64,000 nt of DNA. Source: Azolla caroliniana. Lineage: Eukaryota; Plantae; Polypodiophyta. Positions 38,520 to 51,477 of the stretch are shown one piece after another (the stretch's first letter is position 1; each line of letters begins with the position of its first letter). The notes under the pieces were generated by a model. That model saw only the letters and a list, made by a program, of their open reading frames with translations, was not told the origin of the DNA and did not search any database. Location of the stretch: the NCBI GenBank assembly GCA_043228905.1, contig JBHGNT010000010.1:21266001-21330000 (forward strand), written 5' to 3'. A program made the position numbers and the translations under genes.

Positions 38520-40255
38520 ATGGCATCAGAAATAAGGGAAGCCAAAGATGTGAAAGAGATTCAGGTGAAGGACAAGCCAGTGACAGAACAAGAGGTCTTC
38601 GGATTCAATGATCCGAGATATGCCGATCTACAGTTGCGCCTGATGATCGTCTCCCAACCTTCCTCTCTTCCTCTTCCTCTTCCTATAGTTGTTGATCGCT
38701 TAATCGACATTGACTCTTCAGCGACTATGTCCACCAAGATCTCTGAACCTGGAGGTAATGTCTTGTACAGGAAGCATCTGTGTTTAGTCCTGCAATTCCT
38801 GACTCTAAATTTCGGTCTGACTACGGGCTCCTTCGCTTAACAGACTCGTCGGATCATGACGATGGCACCATTCTGCATGTAAGCTCTCTAATCTTAGGGC
38901 AGAGTTCGCCATATTTTAGGAAGATTTTGAACGAAAGGAGGCTCTCAGCTCCTTCACAGATGGTGGTGTACCTCGCACCTCAAGGTACTATCATGAATCT
39001 CTCTCTCTCTCTCTCTCTCTCCCCCTCTCTCTCCATATTGAATTCGATAGCCAAAAGAAAAAGCTACTTCTCCTCCCAATCGACTTTACGAACGTCGTGT
39101 ATGCCAATTTGTCTTTGTTAAATTTATGATGCAGAAAAAGCTGCATTCCTGGTCATGGCTAGGTCACTTTACTGTGGCCAGGTGAAATCTAAGACAACCG
39201 CGGAGTTGATGTCTGTATTTCAGCTCGCAGATCGCTTGATGGTGCACACATGTATCAACCTATGCAGTAAAATGATGCAAGAATTGACAATGACGCTCGA
39301 ACTCAGTGTTCGCATTCTAGACGCTTGTAAGATGGTTGAGCAGTCTGATGACACGAAGAAGTTAGTGTCTTTGGCTTCATCGTTTTTGTTCCTGCATTTC
39401 GAGTGGGCACACTCTTCCGTTTGGGATACAGTGAAGCAGAATGAGTGGGAACAATTATCACCACACGTGCTTCAGACGCTGTTGGCCTCGGATTCTCTTC
39501 TTGTCTCTAACGAAGAGAAGGCTTTTGAGATGCTGGAGATGTGGATTTCAGCTAATTGCAAGAATCACAGTGATGGCGATGGTGAGAGAAATCGTGTACT
39601 GTGGGCGGTGTTTGGTCAGCTCATTCGCTGGTCATCAATGGAATCGTTTTGTTTTCAAAAATACCTAAAGATGTTTGAAGCTGATCACCCGTTGCGATCT
39701 CTGATCATTGAAGCTCTGCTCTACCGAATCCAGAATCCATGGCCGAACATGGAAGAGTCGAGAAGCTGCTCATCGAAGATGTTCAAGAAGCGTACGAATC
39801 ATCCTGTGCCAGTGACGTTCATTCGAATGGCTCTTCCGTACGATCACGGTGTTGTTTTCTTCAGCGTTTCAGGTAGTGAGTTAGATAAGCTGGCGTCTGG
39901 AGAATGTCGATATTCGGAGAGGTTCTGGATGGGTCCATTTGGATTGCAATGGAAGATGAGGCGATCAAATTCTAATGAGGATGATTATTATGGGAATGGC
40001 TATTATTCTAGTGGGGACGGTTATAGAAAAGCGGTTTTACTGACAGCAGACTATTTCAGTGCCCTAACACCTGAGGAAGCTGGAAGTAGGCCGTGCGTGA
40101 CATTGTGTCTTTGGGATGCTAGGGCCTACGTGAAAATGGCAATGAGTAGTAATGGATGGTTTTCTACTAGCCCATATATCCGCACGGGAATTGATATATT
40201 TTCTTTTCGCGCTGAGCTTCAGCTTCCTGTTGTAAGTCACAAGGATTATGACTGA
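38520..40255 (+). CDS. BTB/POZ-BACK protein, POB1/LRB-like, paralog 3
   Basis: Exons 38520-38754, 38844-38984, 39135-40255 in frame; same motifs and intron positions as paralog 1. Confidence 0.85.
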
Positions 40256-40849
40256 AATGATTTATCTTAATGGGCCAGTATGCCTACATTAATTTGTAGG
40301 GACTTTATGTCGAATCCTTGTGCATGTTTTAATGTAAATTGAAGTTACAAATTAAAGCTTACCTGATGATGTTGGCATAAACGTTCGCGTCAAATATGTT
40401 TGTGATGATAGTAACCGCATAGTTTTGAGTCCTTTGACGTGTGTCATATACATCAATGATTAGATCGGAGACGAAGAATTGTTGCTCGAAATATATCTTT
40501 TTGGGGCATTATTAGTTAGGCTTTTAAATCATTCCTGGTTCTAGTGGAATACAAAGAACTTTGTCATGAATCCTTTTTACCTACCTATAAATGACAATTT
40601 CAAGAGCGCAATTAGAATTGGGTAAAGTTTGTTTAGTTTGTGTACCAAAAGAAAATGTGAAGGTTGAAAATTCGCAAATTTTTTTGGACTTCCCTTGAGA
40701 TCGTTGTGTCAATCTTGATAGTGTCTTACCTTCTATCTTGTCTCCTAATGGCCTACAAAATCAACAGTTTATATCTGCAGTATATGCATTGTAAAAGACA
40801 ATTTAAAACAACTAACAACATCCAGGACACTTGATCCTTGACACATGTA

Positions 40850-41860
40850 GTCTGACCACTAATATTTTTAGGTGAAACATGGAACAGAATGTGCGACAAA
40901 ATCTCTACACCAAGTCTTTGTGTTCAAGGTTAGAGCAATGTCTATCATGAGCACTTATAGATAGAAATATATAGCCAAAGGTAGATAAAGAGCACTTGCA
41001 TGGTACCAAACTTTGATTCCTTTTTACATGAATCCCAAGAAAGAAAATGTTGTAACTCCACAATTATTTCCATCACCAAGTCTTATGATGACCATCAATA
41101 GGTAGGTCATCCACAAATACTCTTAACAGTAGGTCTCCTTTTCTGTTTTCTTTTTATATAGATTAGGTTTCGATTAAAGTTCTTGAAGTTTGGTTGATAG
41201 GAGAACTTGGCATACCATTTGTCTACGGGTTTGTTTTAGGCCATATATGGGTTTGTTGAGTTTACACACATAATTAGGATCTATCATATTGTCTAGAGTT
41301 TGGGGTTCCATATATATAGGTTCTTGTAAATCACCATGTAAAAACGTTGTTTCAACATCAAAATGTTAAAGTTCAAGATTTAAAGATGCTATAATTGCAA
41401 GAAGTAATCGAAGTGTAGTGATTTTCAAAACGGTAGTCCAGACCTAGTATTTGTGAGACTCCCTAATCATACATTGAACCTCATCGGAGTACCTAATGCA
41501 TCATGTTTCTTCATGAAAAGCCACTTACAACTGATGACATTGGAGTGACAAGGCCCGAGGTACTATTGTCCACGTGTGGTTCTTTGGATCGCTTTTCGAT
41601 GGTAGCTACCCATTTTTCTTTTTCCTTACTCTTTAGTGCTTGCTTGAAGCTCGCATAAAGGGAGAAGTGTTCTTGTTTCTCCCGAAGAGGATATTGTTCT
41701 AATAGAGAGCCTGAGTATGTGACCATATAATTGAAAAATTGACGCATAGGTAGAAAGGCATGCAATCTCTTTTTATGATAATCATTACTTAGGGTTTCAT
41801 CTAATCCATTCACGCCATGTAAAAATGTTCTAGGCCCATTGCAACGAGCAAGCATCGATT
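40850..41860 (-). mobile_element. Highly degraded copia RT relic
   Basis: Minus strand reads SFKQALKSKEKEKW, DVETTFLHGDLQEPIYME (~41310-41360) and VFVDDLP (~41100-41120); boundaries approximate. Confidence 0.75.
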
Positions 41861-42752
41861 TTCGATCAAAGATAGTAGTCAGTTAATGCATGTGTGTAGT
41901 CTTCCGCTTTTGCGGATTTCATTATAAAGTAGATTAATGAGAGCAACAATTGAAATAAGACACACAAAACTTTTTGAAAGGACTTTAACCAATTGTGCCT
42001 ACATCTCGGAATATGTTGCAGATCATTTTACGTTAGCGAGAAAATATACGGAGTGTTTTACAAAACTCACATCCGTCACATGATTTGCTCGTAAACTCTC
42101 TTATATTCTCTAATATTTCCGGGGTAACCACTAATGAGAGGTAATGGCTATATATTATGGGCTTCAAAATAACATGGGCAAGTAAATTGAGGCAATAAAT
42201 GAGAGAATAGTTATGCATTGACGAGATTGTTAGGCCACAAAGTACCCATTCCTCTTCCATTATGTGCCACTCTTGTGTGACGTACCTAAAATATGTGAAC
42301 ATGTCTTGTGTATAATGTAAGGCTGGGCTCGGTGTAGTAGCACTAGTCTCTCTAACTAAAGCTACAAAGACGTTATGCACGCATAGCCCCCAAAGATGTG
42401 CAGTAGTAGTTCCATCGGATGAGTGCATGTATGTATGCATGCACGATGCTCTCTGTTCCAAAATGTATGTATGTATGTATGGATAAATGGCTTCTCTTTT
42501 TGTACTACTGATGATGAGACATGGAGGATGGCGATAGGGGGAGGCCATCTCCATGCAGCACCACTCCTCATCATTGCCACACTCTAATCCTAGGGATATA
42601 TAGCTTGCTGCCTGCCCTACTCTACCGCGAACTACCCTCCATGATGACGATGATGATGTATAAAACTCAATAACCGGCATTACAGATCTTAGATCGGCCA
42701 TCTCCTTCGATTGTGGAGAAGCTTACCATCCGTCCATACATCCATCCATCCT

Positions 42753-44440
42753 ATGGCATTAGAAGTGGATAAAGCGAAGCAATTTGCAGAGAAGAATGAG
42801 GTTAAGAACGTTCTTGTGAAAGAAAAAGGGATATTTGGATTCAACGACCCAAAATATGCCGATCTGCAACTGCGGTTGATCGTCTGCGACCATGTTTCTC
42901 CAGCGACTGCGACCTCTGAAATATCGGAAAGCGGAGGTAATCTTCTGTAAACGAGGGATTCATCTTGAATTGTGTAATGACTTACTGTTCAATTCGCTCT
43001 GAGTACGTGCTCCATCGCTTAACAGGCTCAGGTCAGGGCGATGACACCATCCTGCATGTGAGCTCCCTCGTTTTAGGTAAGAGTTCGCGGTATTTCCGAA
43101 ACATTTTGGACGGAAGGAGCATCTCAGATTCTTCGGAGGTGGCCATCTTCCTCCCTGCTCAATGTTATATCATGTATCGCTTCCTGCTTCACGACTAGGA
43201 GAAGTGATTTCTTTACTCCTGGACTGTGCGAACTATGCATTAATCATGTTTTTAATTTGCTAATGCAGAAGTAGCGACATTTATCGTCATGATTAAGTCT
43301 CTGTACTTCAGTCAATTGAAAGCAAATACAACCGCCGACTTGATGGCATTGCTTCGTCTGGCAAATCGTTTTGATGTTCGACCATGTTTGAGACTGTGTT
43401 GTAAACTGATGCAAGAATTAACGTTCGAAATTAGTGTCCAAATCCTAGATGCTTGTGAGAAGTCGCAGCAGTCTGAGGAGGTGAAGGAGTTACTGTCTTT
43501 GGCGTCTGCATTTTTGTGCAGTCATTTTCCGTGTACAAACACTTCTTCGTGGAATTCTGCCAAGATTAGACAGTGGAAAACTTTATCACCACATGTGCTT
43601 CGCCACTTACTGGCCTCGGATTGTCTCCATATCTCATACGAAGAAAACGCCTTTGAGAAGCTGGAGATCTGGATTGCTGCCAATTGTAAGAGCTGTGATG
43701 ATGTCGATAATAATGAGAGAAATCGCCTGCTGTTGGAGTTTGGTCAATTCATTCGCTGGCCATTAATGGAATGTTTCTGTCTTAAGAAATACCTGAAGAA
43801 GTTTGACAGTAAAGAAGCTGACCATCCGTTGCGACCTCTGATTGTAGAAGCTCTGCTGTATCGAGCATCCCGGATAGAAGACCCAGGGAAAGCCCTAGAA
43901 GAATGTGGAATGGCGGGAAGATTGAATCAGCCGGTGCCTGTGATGTTCATTCAAATGGAACTTCCTTATGATCATGCCGTTACGTTTTTCAGCGTTTCGG
44001 TGAGCGAGTTGGATAAGCTGCCGTGTGGAGAGTTTCGTTATTCGGAGAGGTTCTGCGTGGGTGCTCATGGCATGCAGTGGAAGATGAGGCCATCAAATTC
44101 AAGTGACTCTGGGTGGTGGATAACTAACAAGGGCCAAAGACGCCGTTGGCGCAGACAACAGGATACGCAAAACGCTAGGTACATTTTATTGGCAGTGGAT
44201 TATTTGAACATGTTCCCAGAAGAAGAAGAGGAAGAGGAAGGAGAAGAGGAAGAAGAAGAAGAAGAAGAAGAAGAAGAAGAAGAAGGGCCTCGTGTGACAT
44301 TGCATGTCTGGAATGCGAGCTTCAAGATGTATGTGGAAGCTTCACAGAGTACTGATGGATGGTTTGCTATTGATATTGATGCGCCGAATGATGTAGTTTC
44401 GTTTCGTGCCGAGCTTGTGGAGGTGACTGAAATCATGTAG
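42753..44440 (+). CDS. BTB/POZ-BACK paralog 4 (junction-created stop unless a distal acceptor is used; poly-Glu insert)
   Basis: Exons 42753-42936, 43026-43163, 43269/43272/43275-44440; exon 2 ends in T instead of G. Confidence 0.7.
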
Positions 44441-45289
44441 TCCATGGGGCTAGTTTCTTCTTCTAAATCTCCTGGTTCTACAGAATTATAAACAGTAAAA
44501 CTCCTTAGATGTGTGTTAAATGAACGTTTTACGTCAATCAGTTGTTTAAATTGGACACCATGCAATTTCGGATGAATTATACATATGCTTGGACACATGT
44601 GTTAAACGTTTCATATACGTTCCTACTTCCCCCTTGTCACGCTTAAATAGTTTGTTGATGACATGCAATCACATCTGTAGCCCGTGGGTAATAACGTAGT
44701 AAAAATGATGAAAGTGGACCAGTATTGATCTTACCATACACATCTTACCATACACATCTTACCATAAAAATGAAGGATCCCATTGGTGCTAATCCTTATT
44801 CACTATGGTGTAATAACAATTGGTGATGAATTTACAACGTAAATGAGTGTTAGTGTCCCTCCACATATTTTGTGAACGATGGCAAAAAATATGCTAATGA
44901 TGAATTTGTAATTCATAAATATTGAATAATTTCTTGATATGAGTAAAATAACAATGTCAAACAAAGTAGATTGTAACAATCAATCAATGCTGAATGATGA
45001 TAAACAAGATTTGTGGTTTGGTATTGATGCACATAAATTGTTGTATGAAGCAATGGATCATTAGCTCTAGTCGTAGTTATTGGGAGAGCAAGTTTCTCCT
45101 TGAGTGCTTGGGGTAGACAACTAAGAAATCCCTAGAAAGGCAGGTCATTTCACAAGTCGAATCCATGAGCGCTTAGATATTCCATGAGGAAAATCCTAAA
45201 ATGCTTGTTCATTCCAGGAATTGAATACTCCTCATGAACCCATCATTCTACGAATAACACCCGAGTGCCTCGACAATTGTTGATCGTGC

Positions 45290-45676
45290 ATTGGGAGACA
45301 CGAAAGAGGTGACATTGCACGAAGGTAATCTGGGAACCTTTCGAAGATGACTTTTTATGGAGGTTTTCCATGCGGCGTTTAGTCCACAAAGGTTTTCCTT
45401 GGGAGCTTTCCATGACGCTTTTGAAGGAAAACTATCTATGAAGGCTTTCCATGGGGCATTTCCACATCCCCTTTTCTAGGAAAACTATCTACGAAGGCCT
45501 TTCCATGAGGTCGTTAATCCATGAATCCTTTCAAAGGGAGTTTTCTAGGATAGCACTCCATGAAGGCCTTTCCATGAGGTCGTTAATCCATGAAGCCTTT
45601 CAAAGGGATTTCTCTAGGATAGCACTCCATGAAGTCTTTCCACGAGGCCATTCCACAAAGGTTTCGCCCAAGAATT
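45290..45676. repeat. Degenerate CCATGAAGG-rich repeat with a 69-bp tandem duplication; host site of copia 2
   Basis: 69-bp units at 45491 and 45560; CACGAAGGTAATCTG recurs at ~45318 and ~50775, on both sides of the copia insertion. Confidence 0.7.
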
Positions 45677-45706
45677 TGTTGGGAAAGAAGAGAAAGAGTG
45701 ATAGAA

Positions 45707-45741
<35 letters not shown>

Positions 45742-45743
<2 letters not shown>

Positions 45744-45942
45744 GCCCAGATGGATGTAGCTTAGTTGGTAAGGTTGCCCAATGGAGACTAGGTGGTCATG
45801 GGTTCAACCCCTACATTCCACAGTGGCATCTAGTGAATTAAAAGATATATAAGAAGTATATAACAGAGAGGTGCGGAAGTTAGGTTTTGAACCCACAACG
45901 CAATGCTTATAGTGCTAACAACTAACCTCTAGGGTAGGGCAA
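45742..45942. mobile_element. ~200-bp foldback insertion with two inverted tRNA-like arms
   Basis: Ends TTGCCC...GGGCAA; A-box-like and B-box-like motifs (GGTTCAACCCC / GGTTCAAAACC) on opposite strands; present in only one LTR of copia 2. Confidence 0.65.
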
Positions 45943-47094
45943 TTACGATAAAAGAGAGAACGAGAACGTATTCTATTAATATAATGCCCTAATAGTTACA
46001 ACTGTTAGTTGGTGCCTTTTTATAAACCGTATTCATAAGAAGTACTAACTATTTATATGTATATATATATTATTATTATTTTTGCTTAATATTTTCATCT
46101 TTATCTTTAATTACATCAATTAATCCAAATTGCTTGCAACAAATAATGTGCTTAGAATGTTGAAGAGGTTTCGTTAGAAAATCAGCCCACTTGATGAGTG
46201 GGAGCAAACTTTAACTCTATCTTTTTTGTTTCAATGAGATCGCGAAGAAAATGATGTTTTAAGTCCACATGACATATATTGTCGCTCATCTTCAGATTGT
46301 TGGCTAACTTGATGCAAGATTGATTATCGCAAAACAAAGTCATTGTTGGAATAGTAAATTGTTTAAATTCTTCGAGCATAGCTTTAATCCTTATGCCTTC
46401 TTTAGTAGCTAAAGCCGCGGCAACATATTCAGCTTCGGTGGATGACAATGCTACGATAGTTTGTTTCTTCGACTTCCACGAAATTGCAACGCCAGCTAGT
46501 GTGTAAACATATCCACCTGTTGACTTGCGATCGTCCACATCTCCCCCCAATCCGAGTCTGACCAACCAATTAGTTGGCTAGAGGGATTTGTCCATCCTTG
46601 CACAAGGGTGGTTGACTCAGATTGTGTGGCGTAGTAAGTCAACGCATAATGTTGAGTATGCTTCAAGTAGAGTAGTAATCTTTTGAGCGCGATCCAATGC
46701 TTTGGTCCGGGATTAGCCATGAAACGAGAAAGAAAACCGGCGGCAAAACAAATATCGGGACGTGTGCAACTTACTAGATATCTTATACACCCAAGGATTT
46801 GTTTATAGGGTACATCCTTCATTTCGGAAATTTCTCGTTCATTTTTGGGAGAATCATCATTTGAAAGTTTACATGGAGAGGTAAGAGGAGTACTAATAGG
46901 CTTACTATGAAGCATATCAAATCTTTGGAGGATAGAATTAATATAATTTGATTGTGATAATGAGATAGTATGATTTGTTCTATTTTGAATTACTTTGATG
47001 CCTAGAAAATGGGTCATAGGGCCTAAATCGGTAATAGGAAAGACATATGCAAGTTCCTTCTTTGCAATACTTAGATAAGATTTAGAGTTAGAGA

Positions 47095-47922
47095 TCAAGG
47101 GTAAATCATCAACATAGACACCTATGATAACAAAATTGGATTTGGCTTTTCTAACATAGATATTTGGCTCATTGTTTAGATGATGATATCCAACTTTTAT
47201 AAGAAAAGAGTGTAGTTTGTGATACCATATGCGTGGAGATTGCTTAAGACCGTAAATAGATTTATGAAGTCGACAAACATGTGTCGGCTGACTTGGATCT
47301 TCAAGGGCAAACCATCAACATAGACACCTATGATAACAAAATTGGATTTGGCTTTTCTAACATAGATATTTGGCTCATTGTTTAGACGATGATATCCAAC
47401 TTTTATAAGAAAAGAGTGTAGTTTGTGATACCATATGCGTGGAGATTGCTTAAGACCGTAAATAGATTTATGAAGTCGACAAACATGTGTCGGATGACTT
47501 GGATCTTCAAGGGCAAATCATCAACATAGACACCTATGATAATAAAATTGGATTTGGCTTTTCTAACATAGATATTTGGCTCATTGTTTAGACGATGATA
47601 TCCAACTTTTATAAGAAAAGAGTGTAGTTTGTGATACCATATGCGTGGAGATTGCTTAAGACCGTAAATAGATTTATGAAGTCGACAAACATGTGTCGGA
47701 TGACTTGGATCTTCAAGGGCAAATCATCAACATAGACACCTATGATAACAAAATTGGATTTGGCTTTTCTAACATAGATATTTGGCTCATTGTTTAGACG
47801 ATGATATCCAACTTTTATAAGAAAAGAGTGTAGTTTGTGATACCATATGCGTGGAGATTGCTTAAGACCGTAAATAGATTTATGAAGTCGACAAACATGT
47901 GTCGGATGACTTGGATCTTCAA
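47095..47922 (-). repeat. Four tandem 206-bp copies of an RT segment containing YVDD
   Basis: TCAA junctions at 47095, 47301, 47507, 47713, 47919; near-identical units. Confidence 0.95.
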
Positions 47923-50900
47923 ATAATTCTGGTTGTTGTAGATAAAGTACTTCATCTAAATCTCCATGAAGAAAAGCCGTTTGTACATCCAAGTGATGCA
48001 ATTCTAGATCATGTTGCGCGACAAGAGCAACGAGCATTCGAAAACCACATATTTTTAGCGTTGGACTAAATGTATCTTGAAAATCAATACCTGGTACTTG
48101 AGAAAATCCTCGAGCAACTACACGAGCCTTGAAGCGAATTGGATTGCCATTATTATCTCGCTTTATGCGTAAGACCCATTTAGAACCAAGTATTTGTTGA
48201 TCTTTTGGAGGCTCAACGAGGGTCCACGTACCATTTTTAAGTAAAGCTTTCATTTCTTCTTCCATAGCTTTTCTCCATTTGATAGAATCCGATCCGGAAA
48301 GTGCATCTTTGGCCAATAAATTTGTGTCATCACTAAGGATTGGAATATCTTCTTCTTGTATATAAGCTTCATGGTCCAAATCCACGAAATGTGCTTCCAT
48401 TTGATCAAGTTGTTCGTAAATACTACTTAGAGATCTATACTTTGGAGGTGCAGAGTTTGGTGGAGAAGTTGGTGATGACGCTTGGAATGAAGGATTATGA
48501 GAGGGATTGGAGAAGATAACATTATTTATATTATTTGAGGGAGTTAAACAATGTGTATTTAAAGGAGTATGAGGAAAAGAATCATCTAGAGCTTGGAATG
48601 AGGGAAGATGAGAAGAATAATTAGTTGGTTGAGTAGGATTGATCTTTGCCTTGTGAATAGATGGAAGAGCAACACAAATAGTGGAAGTAGAGGATGAGTT
48701 AATGTTGGCTCCTTCAATATAAGAGTTATTAATATTAGAGATGGTTGAGGAAGATGGTTGTAAGTGGGTAGGGGTAGGTAATAAGGGAGATAGATTAGAA
48801 GAGAGTGAAGAAGAAACCTTTGTAGAAGGCCCATTTTCTTGGAATATCACATTAAAACTAAAGAATATTCTTCGTTTTTGTGGATCGTAGAGCTTGTAGG
48901 CCTTGTATCTCGAAGCTTCTCTATATCCGATGAAAGTTGATTTTGTAGCCCTTGGATCTAGCTTATTTGTTTGAACATTTGGCACAAAAGCATAAGCATC
49001 CCAACCAAAAATACGAAGGTTACTTAAGTTAGGTTTGTGACCATGTCATCATAGTTCATAAGGGGTTTGGAGCCCCAAGGATCTATGAAATCCTCGATTT
49101 TGAATATAGCAAGCGGTGCCAACCGCTTCCTCCCCAAATTGAGGTGATAAGTGAGCAAATTGTAACATACTTCGAGCCATATTGAGAAGTGATCTATTCT
49201 TCCTTTCAGATACACCATTTTGTTGTGGTGTTGATATTCTATGATGTATGCCTTCATTTTGATATAAACTTTGAAATTCATGAGACATATAGTCACCACC
49301 ACCATCGGTTTGAAGACTTTTAATCTTTGATGATGTTTGCACTTCGACTCGAGCCTTGTATTCTTTGAATGCTTGATAAGCTTGACTTTTGTACTTGAGA
49401 AAATGCAAGCTTGTAAATCGACTAAAGTCATCTATAAAGCTAATGAAATATTTGGCTGCACTAAGAGAAGGGGTTAGAAAAGGTTCACATAGATCACTAT
49501 GTACTAATGCAAGAGGGATAGTGGCTCTAGATCTATGCTTTGGGAATGGTTGTTGGGGCATTTTCCCAAGGATACAACTTTCACACAAAGAGATGGGCTT
49601 GAAAGGTTCTTTTGGCAAACCTTGGACAAGATTATTACATTGTCGTGTTCCTCTTGTGAAATGTCTTCCTCCTGTGACTTCAAACGTAATATCACCCTTG
49701 CCAATAACTTGTTTAGTCCTATTATTTCCAAATCTTAGAATGATAGGATGTTCAACATCCTTATAGTTACATAACCAATCTTTTCTATTAGTTAGGTGGT
49801 TAGTAGCACCAGTGTCGAGCTAATGTTTGCAAGGAGATCAATTAGCGTCAGACAATTTATAGAGTTTTGGGTGGTTCTAAAAGTGGACCACGAGTGAGGA
49901 AGAGCACCAAGAAGGAGAATCTTTTGTAATTTATCATGGATTTCTAATCCCGAAGTTAACACATCATCTAATTTCTTTTGCCATATTAATAGAAATTCAC
50001 CAACCGGTTGTTCGTCATTCATTTTGTAATTAACAAGCGCTTGAAGTGTATGCGCTTGTTGGCATCGTTTTCGGCTCGTAGATAGTTTGTAAGTGCTTCC
50101 ACATTTCATGAGCCGTCTCCATTTTTCGCAATGTTTCTCCGGTGCCATCATTTACGTGCATTAGAATTTCCATTCTTGCACACAAGTCTTTTTCTTTATA
50201 TTCTTCAAGTTCTTTGCCTTTTTCAAGTTTTGTCGACAATGCAGAAATTATGTCTCATACTTTATTATATTTAAAAAGTAATTCTAATCTTGCCTTCCAA
50301 ATTCGATAATTTGTGTCCAATAATTTATCGATCGTGAATTTTTGCATATTGAGTTGCGACGACGACATAGATTTCACCATTATTGCAAAGGGCTGTCCAG
50401 ATCAGCGCACGGCAAACACAAAATTGTCGTTCGTTATTTGACGATCTTGAACACTATGAATATAATTAATTTTTTTGTATGGGCATTAAAGTATGGTAAG
50501 GGCACGTGTTTTGTAATTTTAGAAAGGCATAGGCTATTCGGTCGTTTGGCTCTGATACCATGTTTGGAAAGAAGAGAAAGAGAGAAGAGAGAGAGAGAAC
50601 GTATTCTATTAATATAACGCCCTAATAGTTACAACGTTGGTTGGTGCCTTTTTATAGACCACCAAGAACATATTGGTTGGTGCCTTTTTATAGACCACCA
50701 AGAACATATGTATATATATATATTATTATTTTTGCTTAATATTTTCCACAGAATTTTCCACAAAAAGGGAACTCCACGAAGGTAATCTGCGAACGGAGTT
50801 TCACGAAGGTATCTAGCACCTCTCCCATGACATCTTGTCCTCTTTCATTCATGCTCGAGCAGTACACATGCGCTGTTTATGTGATAACATGTGGTTCTGC

Positions 50901-51477
50901 ATTTAAAACACATCTTGGTGCACGACGAGAAACACACTACTAGCAAAAAACATGCTAATGATCTCATTGTTGCACTCCACGCATTACTGAAGACAAAGAC
51001 AGTATGTACTACATGAAATGAAGTTCAAGCAAAAAGTATATAGATTGGACGAAGAAAAACTAGAAAACACAGAACACTAGAGTGGATCTTCTATTTGATG
51101 TTGAGGATCTCCTCAAAGTCTACTTGAAAATCGGCGGTCTAATGTATGTATGTACGTATGTAGGTGTATGTAATGTTTGTATGTAATAATGTATGGAGGT
51201 GTGTATGTGTGTGTAATGGCCCATATGTATGTCTAATGATGCTTTTCGTATGGATTGTAATTATAAATGAGATGATGGAGATGATGGGAATGGCGCCGCC
51301 CCGCTGCTTGGCCTACTTCTCGCTGCGTGCATATAACTTTAACTATTAACGATAACGATCCATCATGATCTAACAACAACAGTATATTAATATCACGACG
51401 GAGTTCCATCTCCCTCCCTGTGTATGTTATGTGCACACCTTCTCTGTCGCGGAATCTCACCATCATCCGGCCATCCC

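Larger units (their letters stand above)
45677..50750 (-). mobile_element. Decayed Ty1/copia element 2 with short LTRs
   Basis: TSD GAATT (45672-45676, 50751-50755); LTRs 50561-50750 and 45677-~46097; PBS (plus strand GCTCTGATACCA, 50549-50560); motifs LDTGATNH, VHSDLC, QTDGGGDY, LDVQTAFLHGDL, YVDD, SSTEAEY. Confidence 0.93.

Noticed and set aside
38833-38843. TCGCTTAACAG as a U12-type branch point
   Set aside because: Donors are GTAAT (U2 type), not RTATCCTT, and the motif abuts the AG.
42033-42701. 222-aa minus-strand ORF upstream of paralog 4
   Set aside because: Crosses microsatellites and promoter sequence; no recognisable family.
45750-45820. Second functional tRNA gene
   Set aside because: No proper anticodon or D stem; treated as the arm of a repeat element.
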